Assembly (NCBI GenBank): GCA_016930515.1
Contig: JAFGGO010000066.1
Location: forward strand, 1-32,179
From: Promethearchaeota archaeon
Lineage (GTDB): Archaea > Asgardarchaeota > Lokiarchaeia > Sigyniarchaeales > SOKP01
Direction: 5' to 3'
DNA: 32,179 nucleotides
Made by a program: the position numbers and the translations under genes. The notes below the pieces were generated by a model. It did no database searches. It saw nothing but the letters and a program-made list of their open reading frames with translations, and had not been told where the DNA came from. Below are positions 28,361-32,179 of the stretch, one piece after another (positions within the stretch are counted from its first letter, which is position 1; the number at the start of each line of letters is the position of its first letter).

Positions 28361-28421
28361 TTTATAAAGAAAAAAAAACTCAGAAGTTCCGTTTTTAATA
28401 GGGCGATTTTTTCTTTAAATA
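28361..28421. promoter_or_regulatory. Back-to-back T-tract/TATA elements of a divergent pair
   Basis: Minus strand: T9-C-TTTATAAA (28378-28361), about 25 nt before ATG 28336. Plus strand: T6-C-TTTAAATA (28407-28421), about 50 nt before ATG 28471. Confidence 0.6.
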
Positions 28422-28470
28422 AAATCGCTCGAGAGTTTATTCAAACCATTTCATAAAAAAGTGGAAAAAT

Positions 28471-28788
28471 ATGAAAAAATTAGAAGAAATAGGTACTTGT
28501 CCAAAGTGTGACTTTTCGATTTTTTCGTACAAGACTACCCAGTACAAGCGATTTGCGAAGTGTTCTAATTGTGGAACCTCGTATTCTTTGCCAAAAAGGG
28601 GTAAATTGTTGAATTCCGCCCTAACATGCCCTATCAGGAATTTTCCTATACTTATCGTGGATAGGAACGAGGGAAGGGCATTTTTCTGGGCAGATCAGCC
28701 GTGCTTTAATTGCGTGCATTACGATAAATGCGAGCCAATTAGTGAACTCGTTTCCGAGTTCAAGGAATTAGAGGTGTACGGTTATTAA
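28471..28788 (+). CDS. Standalone topoisomerase-IA C-terminal-type zinc-ribbon protein
   Basis: IGTCPKC..KRFAKCSNCGTSYSLPKRGKL..CPI..FPIL..CFNC resembles archaeal TopA C-terminal zf-C4 repeats. Confidence 0.7.
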   Translation: MKKLEEIGTCPKCDFSIFSYKTTQYKRFAKCSNCGTSYSLPKRGKLLNSALTCPIRNFPILIVDRNEGRAFFWADQPCFNCVHYDKCEPISELVSEFKELEVYGY

Positions 28789-28807
28789 CGCTCAGAAGAA
28801 AGCTTCT

Positions 28808-29812
28808 ATGGTCATTATATTTTTTTTAATGTTTGTTATTTCTTTTGCCGTTCGATTAAATCAATGTGAACCAACCGCACTAATAGGTTTTGATAACGAG
28901 TTTGGAGAGCTTCGAACGAGTGAAGAAATTCTAATTGATAAGGTCTACGAGTTTACAACAGATAACCCAGTTAAAAAATTCGAAGACTTGGAGATGATTG
29001 CTGAATATCGTTATTTTTTATATTTCAAGATGGTAACTCCTCATCAGTGCAATTTAATAATTTCTATAATTGATCCAAATGGAACAACATACGACGCTTT
29101 TAACGACTCCAATTTTAATCAAGAGGAGGGTTTGCGGAGCGTTCCATTTGGAGTAGCTATTACTGGAGGGCACGACTTGTATTTTGAAGTTAACGCTTCG
29201 TACAATGTTAATGTCTATATAAGGATAGAACGAGAAATAAAATGTCTTTATGATGTTTTCTCCTCACAAGCCTCAGGAAATGTGATTTTGTATGGAGTGC
29301 ATAAATTCGAAAACGCACTTATTGACACGCAAAATGTGACTCTCCAATCCGATACCGAATACGCGATTTATCTGGCGCGAGTTTCTCCCATTTCCACTGC
29401 GATTGTTGAAAATCAAGTGAAGTTTAATTATTCGCTAACGGATATTGAACGTCAGACCGTTTTCGAGCTTAATTGGAAGAACCTTGCTCTTGCTCCAATC
29501 GGCGAGGTAACAAAATATAGCTTTGGGACCGCCAATGGTGGTCAATACAAATGCAATTTAAATGTAAAGTGCGAATATAATCCCGTGAATATTGCGTTTG
29601 CAATTGTATACGATCACGAAATTAGCAACGAGCTAGAGGAAAATCAAACGGAGATCATACCGAGCGATGGTGCCAGTCAGAATGTTCTTGTGAGTCTTTC
29701 TCCCCTGCAAGTTGTAATATTCGTAGGTGCGTTTGGTGTAATAGTATTCGGGGCGATAGTGGGCGTAGCAAGGAGCAGAAAAAAAAGAAATACAACAATC
29801 AGTAAATTTTAA
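28808..29812 (+). CDS. Exported protein with two beta-sandwich repeats and C-terminal TM anchor
   Basis: N-terminal hydrophobic segment; internal repeat (YxxY..V(T/S)P..FGxAxxG..VN(V/I)); C-terminal TM followed by RSRKKR. Confidence 0.8.
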   Translation: MVIIFFLMFVISFAVRLNQCEPTALIGFDNEFGELRTSEEILIDKVYEFTTDNPVKKFEDLEMIAEYRYFLYFKMVTPHQCNLIISIIDPNGTTYDAFNDSNFNQEEGLRSVPFGVAITGGHDLYFEVNASYNVNVYIRIEREIKCLYDVFSSQASGNVILYGVHKFENALIDTQNVTLQSDTEYAIYLARVSPISTAIVENQVKFNYSLTDIERQTVFELNWKNLALAPIGEVTKYSFGTANGGQYKCNLNVKCEYNPVNIAFAIVYDHEISNELEENQTEIIPSDGASQNVLVSLSPLQVVIFVGAFGVIVFGAIVGVARSRKKRNTTISKF

Positions 29813-30001
29813 CCTTTTAATTCTTTATTCACGCTTCTTTTAACGATAATACTATTGAAAGCTTGAAAAAATAGCCTGCTTTCTAGTTTAATAATAATTA
29901 CATTTAAGAAACCAAAAAAGGATTTATGTATTAGTTAAAAATCGTTTTTGTATCTATCTTAATAAAAAATAGAATCTTTAAAAAAATAAAAAAAATAAAA
30001 A

Positions 30002-31237
30002 TTAGATATTCGTGAGGAGCCGGGCGTTTTCTTGCATTTCTAATATTTTTTTTGAAGACAAACCAGAAATTTTACCGGCGAGATCATCAGGGTTTGCCGA
30101 GAGTAGGGATTCGATGGATGTGATTCCCTGTTCGGCAAGATTTTCTGCAGTACCTTTTCCAATACCTTTCACATTTACCAATGGAATGGTCGTGAGTTTA
30201 GCCTCACTAAGTTCATCTCCTTCCGAATCCTCGTACAATGTTTCGATCTCGAATCCATCGATGTCCTCTCTATCATTATCCGGAATATCGCCTTGTTCGC
30301 TGTCCGATACACCCGCAGAGGTAATATAAAACTCGCATTCTTCGGGCGGAAGATCGGGAGCGTCAACGATGATAGCCTTGCGCTTAAGGGAATTATTCGA
30401 CGAAAATCCCTTTGTCTTGAACATCACTCGAAAATGACATCCATGAGCCACGATATTTCCTCCAATGGCATCATCAGCAGCAAACATCCCCATCATCTTG
30501 GTTGCGACCTGATTGGTGAGCAGTATGGCACAATTATATGTTTCAGCTATTCTCGATAAGGCATGGATCATGTTATTGAGAACTTGCTGGCGTCTTGCGA
30601 GCATACCAATACCCATATACTCGTTTCTCATCAAGGCCATCAAGCTATCGACCACTAGAAGTCTCACACCCCGAGATTTGCACAAGTTCTCTGCTTTTTG
30701 GATCATTTGCGCTTGGTGGTCGGAACTATAGATGCGCGTGTGGTACAAGCGAGTAAGCACGATCTTGGGATCGAGACCGAACCGCTTGGCGATCCGCATT
30801 ATCTTGTCCTTTGAAAAGGTGTTCTCCGTGTCGATATAAGCAACCGCGCAGTCAAGGCCTCCTTTAGATAGTGGAAGCTGTGCCGAAACGGCTATGGTGT
30901 GAGCCAGGTTGGTTTTACCCGATTTGAATGGACCAAACACTTCGGTGAGCTTGCCAGTCTGAACACCCCCACCTAGAATTTTATTTAAAGCTTGAGAGCC
31001 CGTCGTGATGATTTCCACATGTTCGTTGATGCTCTCTGCTGCCACGAATTCCGTCATTCCTAAAGCGTTTCTGGCGTTCCAAACGAGCTTTTTAGCGGTT
31101 TTATCGCCAAGACCATCTATATCGGCAATCACATTCAAGGAAGACATTGCAAGCGCTTCTGCCGTGCTCACCCCGCTTTCTTGAAGGAGCTTGATCTGAC
31201 GCGCGTTGATCCCCTTGATTTGACTTAATTCTGACAT
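30002..31237 (-). CDS. radA: RadA/Rad51-family recombinase paralog with extra C-terminal HhH domain
   Basis: N-terminal HhH, FVAA (FxxA), Walker A GPFKSGKT, YIDTENTF, LLVVDS, TNQV, IGGNIVAH; acidic linker, then VKGIGKGTAENL..GITSIESLL. Confidence 0.93.
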   Translation of the reverse strand: MSELSQIKGINARQIKLLQESGVSTAEALAMSSLNVIADIDGLGDKTAKKLVWNARNALGMTEFVAAESINEHVEIITTGSQALNKILGGGVQTGKLTEVFGPFKSGKTNLAHTIAVSAQLPLSKGGLDCAVAYIDTENTFSKDKIMRIAKRFGLDPKIVLTRLYHTRIYSSDHQAQMIQKAENLCKSRGVRLLVVDSLMALMRNEYMGIGMLARRQQVLNNMIHALSRIAETYNCAILLTNQVATKMMGMFAADDAIGGNIVAHGCHFRVMFKTKGFSSNNSLKRKAIIVDAPDLPPEECEFYITSAGVSDSEQGDIPDNDREDIDGFEIETLYEDSEGDELSEAKLTTIPLVNVKGIGKGTAENLAEQGITSIESLLSANPDDLAGKISGLSSKKILEMQENARLLTNI

Positions 31238-31302
31238 TCGTGTTTTACCTTTGTCGTAATTTAATTTTCAACTGAATTTGTATATTCAAGGTAAAACGGA
31301 AG

Positions 31303-31318
31303 TATTTAAAGAAAAAAA
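31303..31318 (-). promoter_or_regulatory. T-tract/TATA promoter element TTTTTTTCTTTAAATA
   Basis: About 66 nt before the radA ATG; followed by CTTC, as upstream of mglB. Confidence 0.55.
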
Positions 31319-31762
31319 GCAGTTCAATTTTTTACTAGATGTATTTATATAACAGCATACAATATGTATTTATACAATCATTTTAAGAAAAAAGTCAGGT
31401 GGACTAATTATTCCAAAATTCAATAAATTTAGAGCATCAACTATCGCTATTATCCTTTTAATACTCCGAAATTAAAATAGATAAAATAATCGAGGATTTA
31501 AAATTGGAAAACAGGAATTGGGTTCTCGATGTTGTCAAGAACATGATCGATAGCAACGAACTTCACGCAAAATATAATAACGATACGATTTCGTTTGAAT
31601 TTTAAGGAAATAAATGAATTAAAAAAAAATTTGGATTTAATAATATTTTCCGAGAAAGATTTGTAAAAATTTCTCATCAAATATTTTTTTTGATCCTCGC
31701 TTGTTTTTCGGACTTTTTGATTTTATCAACCTTGGAAGGCATTGTTTTGAAGGTTTATGATG

Positions 31763-31984
31763 CTATTTTCTCAGGGCAACCGCACCAGTAAATAGGATTA
31801 TCACTCCAATAAAAGTAACAATGATCACAATCACTACTATTAGATCAAAACCAGGGACAGGAGATGTGGTTTCTCCCCCGGGTTCCGTGATTTCAAAGTA
31901 AGCTATTATTTGGTCGAAAGTAGAAGGATCATCTAAATTTTCTTTTAAGGGAATAATCTTCAAAATTATTTCATTCCAGATCCC
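31763..31984 (-). pseudogene. C-terminal remnant of a surface protein with a Loki-CTERM-like sorting tail
   Basis: ..TTSPVPGFDL + TM + RK*; the frame is closed by TAA 8 codons upstream of the TTG, and there is no signal peptide. Confidence 0.55.
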
Positions 31985-32029
31985 TTAGAAATTCTTAAAT
32001 TGGAAGTGAATCATGAAAAAATATTAAAA

Positions 32030-32179
32030 TTAAAGTACTTTCATTTTAGATGAATATTCAACAAATTTTTGTGGTCTATGAGCAAAACCCTTATCGTCCA
32101 TGCCCCCACATTCTTGTAATATTGTTTTTAATATTGGATTTTTTCCAATTCTTAAACTCTCTAAATTAATTAGAGTCTC
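32030..32179 (-). CDS. C-terminal end of a leucine-rich-repeat protein (partial, starts outside window)
   Basis: Hand translation ETLINLESLRIGKNPILKTILQECGGMDDKGFAHRPQKFVEYSSKMKVL*; LxNLxxLxIxxNPI LRR unit. Confidence 0.7.
   Translation of the reverse strand, partial: ETLINLESLRIGKNPILKTILQECGGMDDKGFAHRPQKFVEYSSKMKVL

Noticed and set aside
28788-28829. TAACG-coupled start with a poly-T frameshift into the 28808 gene
   Set aside because: Requires an extra T with no evidence; the existing frame is already open through this region.
4418-30731. Numerous 60-108 aa track ORFs overlapping well-supported genes (e.g. 4418, 4693, 7409, 8049-8977, 9636, 11930, 13794, 19547, 23219, 24692, 30012-30731)
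   Set aside because: Antisense or alternate-frame shadows with no recognisable motifs.
18554-31318. Island as a provirus or integrated plasmid
   Set aside because: No integrase, att repeats, tRNA, capsid, terminase or replicase was recognised; gene orientation is mixed, and composition resembles the rest of the window.
31498-31680. 60-aa track ORF
   Set aside because: Low-complexity AT-rich sequence (K/F/I/N) with no SD or motif.
1-32179. tRNA, rRNA, CRISPR array or IS element
   Set aside because: No GC-rich structured RNA segment, regular short repeat-spacer array or transposase was seen by eye.

Overview
AT-rich, gene-dense archaeal window, most consistent with an Asgard (Lokiarchaeia-type) chromosome. 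The assignment rests on two non-prenylated Rab-like GTPases, a roadblock-MglA pair, a Loki-style beta-helix/PKD surface protein, a Loki-CTERM tail and an LRR protein end. The left part (1-18.4 kb) is mixed housekeeping, transport and signalling: a giant NosD/PKD protein, Rab-like GTPases, a 2H phosphoesterase, a PUA protein, two ABC-2 systems, an orphan CheR, tandem wHTH regulators, a 7TM protein, an MFS transporter and a HAD phosphatase. The right part (18.5-31.3 kb) is a DNA-processing island. It holds a Whirly-like SSB, MglB-MglA-NYN, an HTH/TFB-cyclin-like protein with RPA, a degenerate FEN1 paralog, small Zn-ribbons, pilin-like membrane proteins, a free topoisomerase-type Zn-ribbon and a RadA paralog with a second HhH domain. 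Ten promoters in this island share an atypical T5-9-(C/A/CC)-TTTA(A/T)A element, suggesting an alternative-TFB regulon. A second unexpected signal is three genes whose Shine-Dalgarno points at an in-frame ACG rather than ATG, in a sequence that looks CpG-enriched. All family calls come from reading motifs by eye; no database searches were run.
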